32,963 nucleotides of DNA from an uncultured Candidatus Sumerlaeota bacterium (GTDB taxonomy: Bacteria; CAYMEV01): positions 1 through 32,963 of the forward strand of contig CAYMEV010000031.1 of the NCBI GenBank assembly GCA_964389675.1, given 5' to 3'. The notes under the pieces were generated by a model. That model did not search any database. It had not been told where the DNA came from and saw nothing but the letters and a program-made list of their open reading frames with translations. Of the stretch, positions 18,734-28,764 are shown piece after piece (the stretch's first letter is position 1; each line of letters starts with the position of its first letter). The position numbers and the translations under genes were made by a program.

Positions 18734-19183
18734 ATGGATAAGATAAGAATATTCACAGATAAAGAGAGGCCTGATACTGAGATGAAGGAAGAAATAATAA
18801 ATTTTCTTTTCAGGCATCTGGAAGAATATGGAGATGCAAAAAAGGATATAGAAAGAGCTGTTAAATATGCAATGAAAGAAATTGACTCCTTTGGAGGGTT
18901 TATTCTGATTGCCAGGGAGGAGGAAGATATCATAGGTGCAGTAGTAGTCAACAGGACAGGAATGAAGGGTTATATTCCAGAGAATATCCTGGTGTATATT
19001 GCTACACACAAAGATTGCAGAGGCAAAGGTGTAGGCAGGAAGCTCATGAAAAAGGCCATAGACACGGCTGAAGGCAGCCTGGCGCTTCATGTCGAAGCCG
19101 ATAATCCTGCAAGGTTTCTATATGAGAAGGTTGGGTTTGATACCAAATACCTTGAGATGAGATATATTAAAAGCGGTGAGTAA
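18734..19183 (+). CDS. GNAT family N-acetyltransferase
   Basis: Acetyl-CoA motif A YIATH..CRGKGVGRKLM and motif B LHVEADNPARFLYEKVGF. AGGAGG RBS. Confidence 0.92.
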   Translation: MDKIRIFTDKERPDTEMKEEIINFLFRHLEEYGDAKKDIERAVKYAMKEIDSFGGFILIAREEEDIIGAVVVNRTGMKGYIPENILVYIATHKDCRGKGVGRKLMKKAIDTAEGSLALHVEADNPARFLYEKVGFDTKYLEMRYIKSGE

Positions 19184-20256
19184 TGGCATATATTATACTA
19201 AATACAAAAAAATTAAGAGCAAACTATGACTATCTGGAAGGCCTGTTCAGCAAAAGAGGGATAAAATGGGCTGTTGTGTCGAAACTGCTCTGCGGAAACA
19301 GGGATTACTTATCAGAGCTTCTAAGCTTTGGCATCAGGCAGGTATGCGATTCCAGGGTTTCTAATCTGAAGACGATAAAATCAATTAACCCTGATATTGA
19401 AACCATTTACATAAAACCCCCGGCAAAACGGGCACTGAAGGGCGTTGTGAAATATGCGGATATTAGCATGAATACGGAGATAAAAACAATTCAGCTCCTG
19501 TCTGAGGAAGCCCAGTCGCAGAAAAAGATCCACAAGATTATTATCATGATAGAGCTCGGAGAATTACGGGAGGGTGTCATGGGAGACGACTTCATAAAGT
19601 TTTATGCAGAGGTCTTTAAGCTCAAGAATATTGAAGTTACAGGGATAGGCACAAACCTGTCATGCCTCTATGGCGTGCTTCCAAATTCTGACAAGCTTAT
19701 TCAGCTGAGCCTTTATGCACAGCTTGTTGAAGCAAAATTTAACAGGAAGATCAAATATGTATCAGGGGGATCTTCAGTCACGATACCTTTGATCTTCCAG
19801 AAAATGCTTCCCAGGGGCATAAACCATTTCAGGGTAGGTGAGACGCTTTTCCTCGGAACAGATGTTTATAACAATACTAAATTTAAGGGGATGCAAACTG
19901 ATGTATTCCAGTTTTATGCTGAAATTATCGAGCTTACCGAAAAGCCGGTCCAACCCATAGGTGAAATTGGCACCAATGTTGAAGGGCAGAGCTATGAGGC
20001 GGATGAGAAACTCATAGGCAGGAAGACATACAGGGCAATTATAGATGTAGGGCTTCTGGATGTGGAACAGGAACATATGGCCCCGGCTGACAAAGATATT
20101 GAAATAGTTGGCGCGAGCTCTGATATGATAGTAGTTGACCTGAAAAACAACAGGAAAAAATACAGGGTCGGAGACCTTCTTGAATTCAAGCTGGATTATA
20201 TGGGCACCCTTAAGATACTTAATTCAAAGTATGTGGATAAAAGAGTAAAAAAATAA
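19183..20256 (+). CDS. PLP-dependent alanine/ornithine racemase family enzyme (fold type III)
   Basis: AVVSKLLCG (PLP Lys), DSRVSNL, MIELGELREG, GTNLSC, SGGSS, HFRVGE and GASSDM. Start overlaps the GNAT stop (TAATG). Confidence 0.88.
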   Translation: MAYIILNTKKLRANYDYLEGLFSKRGIKWAVVSKLLCGNRDYLSELLSFGIRQVCDSRVSNLKTIKSINPDIETIYIKPPAKRALKGVVKYADISMNTEIKTIQLLSEEAQSQKKIHKIIIMIELGELREGVMGDDFIKFYAEVFKLKNIEVTGIGTNLSCLYGVLPNSDKLIQLSLYAQLVEAKFNRKIKYVSGGSSVTIPLIFQKMLPRGINHFRVGETLFLGTDVYNNTKFKGMQTDVFQFYAEIIELTEKPVQPIGEIGTNVEGQSYEADEKLIGRKTYRAIIDVGLLDVEQEHMAPADKDIEIVGASSDMIVVDLKNNRKKYRVGDLLEFKLDYMGTLKILNSKYVDKRVKK

Positions 20257-20289
20257 TTTGGATCTATATAAACAGAAAACCGGGAATGG

Positions 20290-23200
20290 CTATTCAGCCT
20301 TTAACTGCTGTATCCTTTTTTTGTACCTGTATTTCGGATTGCCTTTATATGCTGATTCATAGAGATTTATTGCGGATGTCCTCCAGGATTCATCCTTATC
20401 AGCCATATAGATCTCATAGTATATGTCTGCTTTCAATTCTTCCGTGATATCTCCAGAAGCCATTTCAAGAAGGTTTCTAACTGAGGACTCCTTTGAATGT
20501 TTTATTCTGATAAGATGTTCCTGAAAGCTTGTTTTTTGAATATATTCCCTGTTTTTAATCTTTTCTGCCAGACGCTTTGCCTCCAGGATTATTTTCAGGG
20601 CATCTTCTGTCTGTTCTTTTATCCTGAGTATTTCGGATTTCAAAAAAATGCTTTCAATAAAAGCATAACTGATTATTCCCATTTCCCGGCTAAGCCTGAT
20701 AGACTGATTAAGATATTCTAAGGCTGTATCATATTCTTTCTTTTCAAAATGAACCATGCCCATGGACCCGAGGCTGACTGTTAACCCGTTCTTATCCCCG
20801 CAACCGGAACATATATCCCTGTCTGCTTCAAAGCAATGCAGGGCCTCTTCATATTTACCCATGCTGAGATAGACTGTCCCTTTGTTGTTCAGGGCAATGC
20901 TCAAGCCCATCCTGTCCCCGATCTCTTCTGATAGTTTTTCAAGTTTGTCATAACATTTCAGCGCAGGGGAATATTTCCCTGTATCCTTATATATGTTCCC
21001 CATATTATTTTCTGAAATGGCAATTCCCCTCTTTATCCCCAGCTCTTCTGATATTTTCCGGTGCATTCTATGGCATTCCAGTGCTTTTTCATACTCCCTC
21101 ATTTCATAATAGACAAGCCCCATATTGCCTACAGCCTTGCCCATCCCCATCCTGTCCCCGATCTCTTCTGAGATGCTGTATTTGATCTCATAGCACTCAA
21201 GCGCCTTTGAAAAATCTCCCCTGTCCATGTAAATAAAACCCATATTGCCGGTTGCAAAAGCATAGCCTGATCTGTGGCCAATATCCCTGTAAATATCCCT
21301 CTGGGATTCATAGCATTCCAGCGCTCTTGTATAATCTCCAAGGGAATGATAGGCATTGCCCATATTCCCCATAGCATATCCTATGCCCTTCTTATACCCC
21401 AGCTCAGAAAACAGTCTATGCTGCTCTATGTAGCTTTTAAGGGCAGTATCATACCTGCCTTCATGATAGTGAATATTTGCTATATTGCCTGTAATTGTAG
21501 CTATGGCCTTTTTATCCCTTATCTTTTCCATTATCCTTCTTTCAGACTCATAGCATTCCAGAGCCTCAGGGTAATTATCCATATTATAATAAACATTTCC
21601 CATTGTGCCCAATGAAATGGCTGATGACCTGATATCCCCTATCCCTTCTGATATTGACCTGCTGAGTTTGAAGTATTTTAAGGCATCCTCATAACGGCCT
21701 GTACTGGAGCAGACATTTCCCATAGCGCTGAGAGCCTTTGCATGCTCATATTTATCCCCGGTTTGCCTTGCAATAATTTCCTGCTTTTCAAAGCATTCCA
21801 TCGCTTTCGGGTACTGGCCTAAATGAAAATACAGCAATCCAATTGACCCTGTGGATTTTGAAAGGCCCTCCCTGTAATCGATCTCTTCAGATATGCTTCC
21901 TGATCTTTCAAGATAATTCAGGGCATTTTCAATATTTCCGAGGTTCTGTTCTATTACGCCATATTTTCTGTATGAATCGGCCAGTATCCTCTTATTGTCA
22001 GTTTCCCTCAGGATATCGATGCATTCCCTGTAGATATCCCTGGATCTTTCCCATTCTCCTGTCAGTTCATATATATCGCCTATTTTTAGTTTTGTTCCGG
22101 CAATTTTTGCCCTGTCATCCAGATAATTGACAAGTTTCCAGAGCATGACGAGTGCTTTGTCATTCTTGTATTCCTCTTTTAGGTAATTGCCTGCCTTTTC
22201 AAGATACTCAATTGTCTTATCCCTAACCTCAGCCCTTTCAAAATGGTATGCCAGATCCATATAGAGGTCCTTATAATGTTCTTCATTACTGGATAATATC
22301 CTTTCGAATGAAAGGGCTGCGGTATGATGCAGTATCCTTACCCTTTCAACCAGCTGCATATCATATGCGGTTCTGCATATAAGGGAATGTGTGAATATAT
22401 ATCTGATCTCATCAAGGTTTGACCAGATGTTTTCCCTTTTTCCCTCGGATAAATAATTTTCTATATTTGATGTGAGCAATTTCTTTATGGAACTGATATC
22501 AAATTTATGTTCATATATTGTCCTGCAGCATTCTATAAGCTTATCAAGATTGATTATAGTATCATGCAGTATACTGCTGCTGAACTCCATTCCAAAGACA
22601 GATGCTATCTTTGCAAGCTCTCTTATCTCACTGCTTAGTCTGTCTATCCGTGCTATTAATATCTGGTTTATCCGGGCAGGTATCTTCTCCGTTTCGCTGT
22701 CCATTATGAAGATCCCTTTTTCAAGCCTTATACTGGATGTCTCCAGAAGATAGAGACAGAACTGCTCAATAAAAAACGGGTTATTTGATGTCCTTTCCTT
22801 TATAAAGGCTGCCAGCTTCTGATCAGGGGAAAATCCCAGCTTTTCAATAATTATTCCTGATGCTGATTCATCAGGCAGATCCTTCAGTATTATTCTTTTT
22901 ACAGGTACTTGAACCTCCTTTTCAAGATCAATTGCAGAACCGTCGTCGTTGAATCTTGCAGTACACACTATTGCAGCAGGGAAATTAATGATATTTGCGG
23001 CAAGATGCTTTATTGCATGGACTGAATCATTATCGATATGCTGGATATCCTCAAGATATATGATCAGCGGGCTTTTGATGCTCAGAGCCTTGAAGAATGA
23101 TTTCAGTGAATAAATGGTATTTTCATATATGCTCTTTGCATCAGGAGCATTAAGTAGATTAATCTCTTTTTCAGGCAGAAGCATTGCCTTGATAAAAGCC

Positions 23201-24777
23201 TTGGCTTCGGCTAACTCATTCAGAATATCTTCTGAATCCTTAAGTGAGTTTCTAAGGCTGATGAAGATATTTTCAAAGGCTCTGTCCTTCTCATTATTTG
23301 GCTGGTTTTCATTTTGCATGAAATATTCCTTAAGGTAGTGGATAAATGGATTGAATGGCTTTGATACAATGCTGTCACACTGCATAGTGCAGATTCTTAC
23401 AGGTTTTTTTATTTTTTGCAGTGTTTCATATACCAGCCTTGATTTTCCGATTCCGGCTTCTCCGTATACATATATAATTCCGGCGAAGCGCTTTTCAAAT
23501 ATCACAGAAATATGTTTTTTCAGATCCTTTATTTCATCATCCCTGCCGTGAAAAGTGCCACTGAGGGCTTTCTTTCCGGCAAAAGCCGGGCTGCCAAGTC
23601 TATATAATATTTGTGCCTGGGATTTTCCTTTGAGTGTGAATTTGCCAATCATTGATGTTTCGAAGCTTCTTTCCGCAGTATCCAGTATGTTTTCTGCTAT
23701 CCAGATCTCACCCCATTCTGCCTTTATGGCAATCCTTGCTGAAAGGTTCACAGCATCTCCCAGAACATCATAGGATGATCTCAGGGAATTGCCTATACAG
23801 CCTGCAAACAGCCTGCCGAAGGTTATTCCTGCCCTTATTCCCTTTCCGTAATTTGATTTTATCTCATGAATGCAATTCAGTGCCCTTTGTATATTCCTTT
23901 CATATGATACAGGAATACCAAAGTTTATTAATATATTTCCTCCCTTATCCGCAAAACTTATCCTGCTGAAATAACCTCCCCATTTATCAGTTATTTCTGT
24001 TACTCCGGTGATAAATCTATTCAGGCTTTTATAGTCCTTATCCTCATGCCTGAAGGATAGGAATATGCTTACTATGTCCCGCAATTCGTCAACAGGATTG
24101 GAATCTGCAATTATCCCTACATTAAAAGCCTTAATGATCTCATTATCAATCTTTGGTATTTTATCCAGATTTGATATGGCCTTTTTCCTTGGCCTGTTTC
24201 TCCACTCCAAAACTCTGTAATAATCTCCGGAAACAGGGTTCAGTTTGCCTGAATTGCCATTTTTTGCGATGAAGGAGCGGTCAATTATTATATCCATTAG
24301 CCTGGAGTGTTTTTCTGAATTGCAGGCGCTTTCAACTGCTTTGCCCCTGAAATAATAGGATTTTTTCATTCCTCCGGTAATACCCCATTCAATATTACCG
24401 CAGGAAATTCCTATCTTGATGGATATCTTAAAATCTCCGAATTTTGTGGTCTTTCTGCCCTCCTTTTCAATTATATTAATAATATCAAGTGCAGATAAAA
24501 GAGCATCCTCTGTATTTCCGGGGAAGATTGCCAGTATGGCATCCCCGATAAAGTTGGCAATGAATCCTCGCCTGCTGTAAATAGATTCTATACAAGGAGT
24601 AAAAACCTCATTGATCATGCCTGACAGGATTTCCGCACCCTCTTTGCCTTGAGTTGAGAGCTTTTCCGTCATTGCTGTAAAACCTGATATATCTGCAAAT
24701 ATCACAGATGCTTCCAGTATGCCGTTATATTTGCCTTCCTTATATTTCTTCTCAATAAAATGTGGTATAATGTTCAT
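20290..24777 (-). CDS. Second soluble-adenylyl-cyclase-like class III cyclase - STAND ATPase - TPR protein (SWACOS family)
   Basis: FADISGFTAMTE, FIGDA, DKGG, YDVLGDAVNLSAR. Walker A GEAGIGKS, Walker B IYLEDIQHID, NNPFF, IARIDRL and YIFTHSL. Twelve 40-aa TPRs. Clear paralog of 7576..12006. Confidence 0.93.
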   Translation of the reverse strand: MNIIPHFIEKKYKEGKYNGILEASVIFADISGFTAMTEKLSTQGKEGAEILSGMINEVFTPCIESIYSRRGFIANFIGDAILAIFPGNTEDALLSALDIINIIEKEGRKTTKFGDFKISIKIGISCGNIEWGITGGMKKSYYFRGKAVESACNSEKHSRLMDIIIDRSFIAKNGNSGKLNPVSGDYYRVLEWRNRPRKKAISNLDKIPKIDNEIIKAFNVGIIADSNPVDELRDIVSIFLSFRHEDKDYKSLNRFITGVTEITDKWGGYFSRISFADKGGNILINFGIPVSYERNIQRALNCIHEIKSNYGKGIRAGITFGRLFAGCIGNSLRSSYDVLGDAVNLSARIAIKAEWGEIWIAENILDTAERSFETSMIGKFTLKGKSQAQILYRLGSPAFAGKKALSGTFHGRDDEIKDLKKHISVIFEKRFAGIIYVYGEAGIGKSRLVYETLQKIKKPVRICTMQCDSIVSKPFNPFIHYLKEYFMQNENQPNNEKDRAFENIFISLRNSLKDSEDILNELAEAKAFIKAMLLPEKEINLLNAPDAKSIYENTIYSLKSFFKALSIKSPLIIYLEDIQHIDNDSVHAIKHLAANIINFPAAIVCTARFNDDGSAIDLEKEVQVPVKRIILKDLPDESASGIIIEKLGFSPDQKLAAFIKERTSNNPFFIEQFCLYLLETSSIRLEKGIFIMDSETEKIPARINQILIARIDRLSSEIRELAKIASVFGMEFSSSILHDTIINLDKLIECCRTIYEHKFDISSIKKLLTSNIENYLSEGKRENIWSNLDEIRYIFTHSLICRTAYDMQLVERVRILHHTAALSFERILSSNEEHYKDLYMDLAYHFERAEVRDKTIEYLEKAGNYLKEEYKNDKALVMLWKLVNYLDDRAKIAGTKLKIGDIYELTGEWERSRDIYRECIDILRETDNKRILADSYRKYGVIEQNLGNIENALNYLERSGSISEEIDYREGLSKSTGSIGLLYFHLGQYPKAMECFEKQEIIARQTGDKYEHAKALSAMGNVCSSTGRYEDALKYFKLSRSISEGIGDIRSSAISLGTMGNVYYNMDNYPEALECYESERRIMEKIRDKKAIATITGNIANIHYHEGRYDTALKSYIEQHRLFSELGYKKGIGYAMGNMGNAYHSLGDYTRALECYESQRDIYRDIGHRSGYAFATGNMGFIYMDRGDFSKALECYEIKYSISEEIGDRMGMGKAVGNMGLVYYEMREYEKALECHRMHRKISEELGIKRGIAISENNMGNIYKDTGKYSPALKCYDKLEKLSEEIGDRMGLSIALNNKGTVYLSMGKYEEALHCFEADRDICSGCGDKNGLTVSLGSMGMVHFEKKEYDTALEYLNQSIRLSREMGIISYAFIESIFLKSEILRIKEQTEDALKIILEAKRLAEKIKNREYIQKTSFQEHLIRIKHSKESSVRNLLEMASGDITEELKADIYYEIYMADKDESWRTSAINLYESAYKGNPKYRYKKRIQQLKAE
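20665..22104 (-). repeat. 12 x 120-nt (40-aa) TPR units
   Basis: GNMG..Y...G.Y.KALECY consensus. (T/A)AGCATTCCA on the + strand recurs at multiples of 120 nt (21311, 21551, 21791). Exact 26-nt duplicate at 20906-20931 and 21146-21171. Confidence 0.9.
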
Positions 24778-24851
24778 TTCGCTATCTCGTATAAGGATTA
24801 CCAGGGAAGGGGTCAGAAAACATATATCTAATGTTAAGAAAGGATGCTACG

Positions 24852-27800
24852 CTATTTTCCCCCAGTTTTTAATATGCCAATCCTTTTTGAATATCTGTAT
24901 TTTGGTATCTTTCTGTAAAGATACCTGTAGGTACTTAATGCCTGTTTTCTGTGCTCTTCCTTCCTGCCCAGCAGATACATTTCATAATACAGGTCTGCCT
25001 TGATCTGCCTGCTTAATCTATTATCAAGCATCTTAAGCATCCCTTGAAGTGCTTTTTCTTTGTCTTCTCCGGCAGTTATGAGATGTTTCTGTATTTCTGT
25101 CCTTAAGATAAATTCAGTGCTGAAAGCATCTTTTGCAATTTTCTCTGCCTCATAATTGAACAATTCTGCCTTATCAATATTCCCCAAATGCAGGCAGATC
25201 TGCGATTTCCTCAAGAGGGATTCTATAGCAGGGCGGTTAAGCTGTTTTATTTCCCTGCTTATTCTGATCGATTTGTCAAAGCAGATCAATGCCTTTTCAT
25301 AATCTGCCATATCATAGTAGATGTTCCCCATGTTCCAGTTTGCTATTGCGACCCCTGTCCTGAAATTGAGGCTTCCTGATATGCTTTCCTTTTCTTCGAA
25401 GCATCTCAGTGCCCTTTTATAAAAGCCCTGGTCATAGAGAAGGTTTCCGATATTTCCCACAGCAATCCCTATTCCACCTTTATGGCCTATTTCTTCCGAT
25501 ATCTTTTTGAATATCCTGTAGCATTCCATTGCTTTTGGGTAATTGCCCTTTTCATGGAATGCAGATCCCATATTGCCTGTTGCCCTGCCATATCCAAGCT
25601 TATCACCGATCTCATGTGCTATATCTCTGTATATGCTGTAGTGCTCTATTGCCTTACTGAATCTGCCGAGAACATTGTAGGCATTACCCATGTTTCCGGA
25701 TGCATTTGCCAGTTCCTGTCTGTCATTCAGCTCTTCGGATATCTTTTTCTTGATCCTGTAATATTTTAGGGCCTTATGGTGCTTCTCAAGACGGAAATAT
25801 GCATTCCCTATGTTTCCGATATCTATTCCGAGCCCCCTTTTATCACCTATTTCTTCTGAAATTTTCCTGCTTGTTTTATAGCATTCCAGTGCTTTTGAGT
25901 ATCTGCCCAATGACAGGTATACATTTCCCATATTTCCTGTTGCAATGGCGATGCCATGTTTATTTAGCATTTCCTCCGATATTTTTAGCCTCTGCTTATA
26001 ATTTTCAATAGCCTTCTCATAATTTCCAAGACGGTAATATGCATTGCCTATATTCCCCGTAGCCCTGGCGATTGCTTCTTTATCTCCGCATTCTTCGGCC
26101 TTTTCCCTGCTCTTTCCATAGCATTCCAGGGCTTTATGATAATCTCCAAGCACAAGGTAAATATTCCCCATATTATTGAGCGCTTTTGCTATGCCTGGTG
26201 TATCCTTATATTCATTAAAAATATCCATGCCCTGTTCATAATAACAGAGTGCTTCCTTCAGTTCCCCCCTTGATTGCCTCAGCCAGCCATAACCAATGCA
26301 TGATTCAGCCAGTAAACTGTAGCTTTCAATTTCTGAAGATAATTTTATGCATTCCTTGTATATTTCCTCTGATTTTGACAGTTTTCCAGTCAGGTCTAAT
26401 ATCTCTGCAATTTTTATTTTTAATTCAAGCTCTTTTTCTTTATTTAGTTCTGGATTTTCTCTTTGAAGCTTAAGGGCTCTCTCATAATGCCTTATGGCTT
26501 TATCGTTAAAATATGATTTTTTTGCACTGTCTCCGCACTTTTCATAATAATATACAGCTTTCTTTATATTGCCTGCTTCTGAATAATGATATGCTATCTC
26601 TTCATCCCATTCAGGGGATGCTATTGACTCGAGCGCCTGTGCAATAAAAAAGCTGATTTCAGCTTTGTTCTCTATGCTTTTCCTTATCTCATCCTTCAGG
26701 GTGGTGCTGCTGTATGAGTAATAGACTGAATTACCTGTATAACCTGCCTGAATTATTTCCAGGTATTCCAGTTCCAAGAGCACCGCGGCAGTATCAACAT
26801 CTGCTATCCGGCCAATGAACATTTTTAGCATTTCAATGCTGATATCCACCCTTATAAGGGATAATATTTTCAGGATTTTTCTCTTGTTTTCATCAGAGAA
26901 GAGTATCTTCAGCCTGCTTCTCATAATATCCAGTATGTTTTGCGGTATGCATATCTTATTGACTGGCTTTGTTAATTGCCACAGCTTTTTGTTCTTTATG
27001 ATTATGTTCTTTTCAATGAGAGATTTGATAAGCTCTTCAAGGAACTGGGGGTTGCCTCCTACCTTTTCCTTTATCGATGAGACTGATTCCCTGATACTTC
27101 TGTCTATGAACATGGTGCCGAATACATTCTCAATATATTCATTTACACCTTTTGTGTCCAGCGGGTAAAGGTCGTACTTTAATACCCCTTCCCTGGCAAG
27201 GATGTCAGCAATGCCTGAGCTGGCATCCAGCCTGTTCTCATTGATATTGGCATATAACTGGATTTTCCGTTCACTGCCGTCCTGCAGGTTTAATCTGTGC
27301 AGGATATTTTTCAGAATATATCCTGATCCCTCATCGATCCATTGAAGGTCATTGAAATATAGAAGGACATTCCTTTTAGCATTCCTGGCAAAATCAATAA
27401 TATATTCTGTGATATTCTGGACAATTATATCGTGCAGCAATTTTGGATCGGCAGTAATTTCAGAGGTTATATGCGGGAGCAACCTTGAATTTCCAGGAAG
27501 GATAATTGCTAAATGATTTGCGTAGATCTTCAATAGTGCATTATTCGAGAATGTTATAAGCTGTGATACTATTTCACATATACTCTTATATTTTCTTATC
27601 TCTCCTTCAAAGCAATTTGATTCAAAAAAAAGAATATTATTCAGCCTGCAGTATTTTTTGAATTCCTGGAATAGCCTTGTTTTTCCTATACCGGCAGGCC
27701 CGCTGAAGACCAGCATGCTTCTGCTGCCTTCCGAAAGCAGGTTCTTCTTGAGTGCATTTAATTCTGAAATCCTGTTGGCAAATGAATTTCCAAGGACATA

Positions 27801-28643
27801 GCTTTCTTTAGTCCTGCTTGTTTCGTATTCATAATCACAGCCTGTTTTTTCATTGATATCCGAGATTACTTCAGAGCATGCAGAGTATCTGTCGCTGATC
27901 CTGTATGAAGTCATTCTGCTGATAATTGAACGAAGTGCTTCATTCTTTATATTCTGAAGCCTTTTTTCATGGAATTCCAGGAAATCATCACTGCTTTCAA
28001 GCAATTTGACAATCGTTTTGAAACTCTTGTGGTTCTGGTCATAGAACCTGACTCCTGATACCATCTCATAAAGTACTATCCCGGCAGAGAATATATCCAT
28101 TGCAGGGCTGATTTTCCCATGCAGTGTCTCGGGCGCAAAATAGGGCAGAGTCCCCCTTATGTGATCTTCACGCTGGACTGAACCAGAAAGCCCAAAATCC
28201 AGAAGTTTCACAATATCTTTTATAATAATTATATTTTTAGGCTTTAAATCCCTGTAGATAATATTCCTGCTGTGTATATATTCAAGTGCCCTTAGTATCT
28301 GTACAATAATATCAATTTTTTCTTTTCGCCCGGCTTTATAATCGGAAAGCAGCTTTCCTTCAAGGTGTTCCAGAACAATATACAGGACATCTTCATCCTC
28401 CCCGAATTCATAGACCCTTGTGAGATTCGGGTGCTTAAGCCTGGTAAGGATCTCATATTCGTTTCTGATGCTGTCCTTGCCTATATCCTTTAGCCTTTCT
28501 ATGATATCGCTTCTGATTGTTTTAAGGGCAAAAAGCATATTATCCTTCAGTGTGTCCTCGACCAGGTATACAAGTCCGACTCCACCCTCACCCAGCTTTC
28601 TAATGACCCTGTATCGGTTATTTATATAGATTATTTCAGCCAT
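24852..28643 (-). CDS. Hanks-type Ser/Thr kinase - STAND ATPase - TPR protein (SWACOS family)
   Basis: Kinase: LGEGGVGLVY, ALK, YRDLKPKN, DFG, GTLPYFAPE and DIFSAG. Walker A GPAGIGKT, Walker B variant LLYFNDLQWID, GGNPQF. Ten 40-aa TPRs. Confidence 0.93.
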   Translation of the reverse strand: MAEIIYINNRYRVIRKLGEGGVGLVYLVEDTLKDNMLFALKTIRSDIIERLKDIGKDSIRNEYEILTRLKHPNLTRVYEFGEDEDVLYIVLEHLEGKLLSDYKAGRKEKIDIIVQILRALEYIHSRNIIYRDLKPKNIIIIKDIVKLLDFGLSGSVQREDHIRGTLPYFAPETLHGKISPAMDIFSAGIVLYEMVSGVRFYDQNHKSFKTIVKLLESSDDFLEFHEKRLQNIKNEALRSIISRMTSYRISDRYSACSEVISDINEKTGCDYEYETSRTKESYVLGNSFANRISELNALKKNLLSEGSRSMLVFSGPAGIGKTRLFQEFKKYCRLNNILFFESNCFEGEIRKYKSICEIVSQLITFSNNALLKIYANHLAIILPGNSRLLPHITSEITADPKLLHDIIVQNITEYIIDFARNAKRNVLLYFNDLQWIDEGSGYILKNILHRLNLQDGSERKIQLYANINENRLDASSGIADILAREGVLKYDLYPLDTKGVNEYIENVFGTMFIDRSIRESVSSIKEKVGGNPQFLEELIKSLIEKNIIIKNKKLWQLTKPVNKICIPQNILDIMRSRLKILFSDENKRKILKILSLIRVDISIEMLKMFIGRIADVDTAAVLLELEYLEIIQAGYTGNSVYYSYSSTTLKDEIRKSIENKAEISFFIAQALESIASPEWDEEIAYHYSEAGNIKKAVYYYEKCGDSAKKSYFNDKAIRHYERALKLQRENPELNKEKELELKIKIAEILDLTGKLSKSEEIYKECIKLSSEIESYSLLAESCIGYGWLRQSRGELKEALCYYEQGMDIFNEYKDTPGIAKALNNMGNIYLVLGDYHKALECYGKSREKAEECGDKEAIARATGNIGNAYYRLGNYEKAIENYKQRLKISEEMLNKHGIAIATGNMGNVYLSLGRYSKALECYKTSRKISEEIGDKRGLGIDIGNIGNAYFRLEKHHKALKYYRIKKKISEELNDRQELANASGNMGNAYNVLGRFSKAIEHYSIYRDIAHEIGDKLGYGRATGNMGSAFHEKGNYPKAMECYRIFKKISEEIGHKGGIGIAVGNIGNLLYDQGFYKRALRCFEEKESISGSLNFRTGVAIANWNMGNIYYDMADYEKALICFDKSIRISREIKQLNRPAIESLLRKSQICLHLGNIDKAELFNYEAEKIAKDAFSTEFILRTEIQKHLITAGEDKEKALQGMLKMLDNRLSRQIKADLYYEMYLLGRKEEHRKQALSTYRYLYRKIPKYRYSKRIGILKTGGK
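25233..26432 (-). repeat. 10 x 120-nt (40-aa) TPR units
   Basis: ELELKIK to QLNR spans exactly 1200 nt, with repeated GN(M/I)GN.Y..LG.Y.KALECY units. Confidence 0.9.
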
Positions 28644-28764
28644 TTCTGATATTATTAACCTGAAATGGATTTTATACTAAAGCAATATAGCTGTCCAAAT
28701 TAAAAAATAATTTATCAAAAATAACATTAATTTTATGCTCAATAGCAGGAAAGGGAGGTTGATC

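Noticed and set aside
18680-19090. Minus-strand 136-aa ORF and the other short nested ORFs in the track
   Set aside because: They overlap well-supported genes on the opposite strand or in another frame and show no recognisable motifs.
20665-22104. Periodic DNA repeats as a possible CRISPR array or DGR template/variable repeat
   Set aside because: The period is exactly 120 nt, in frame and degenerate, and is explained by TPR coding. No cas or reverse transcriptase gene is in the window, and I saw no long near-identical repeat pair.
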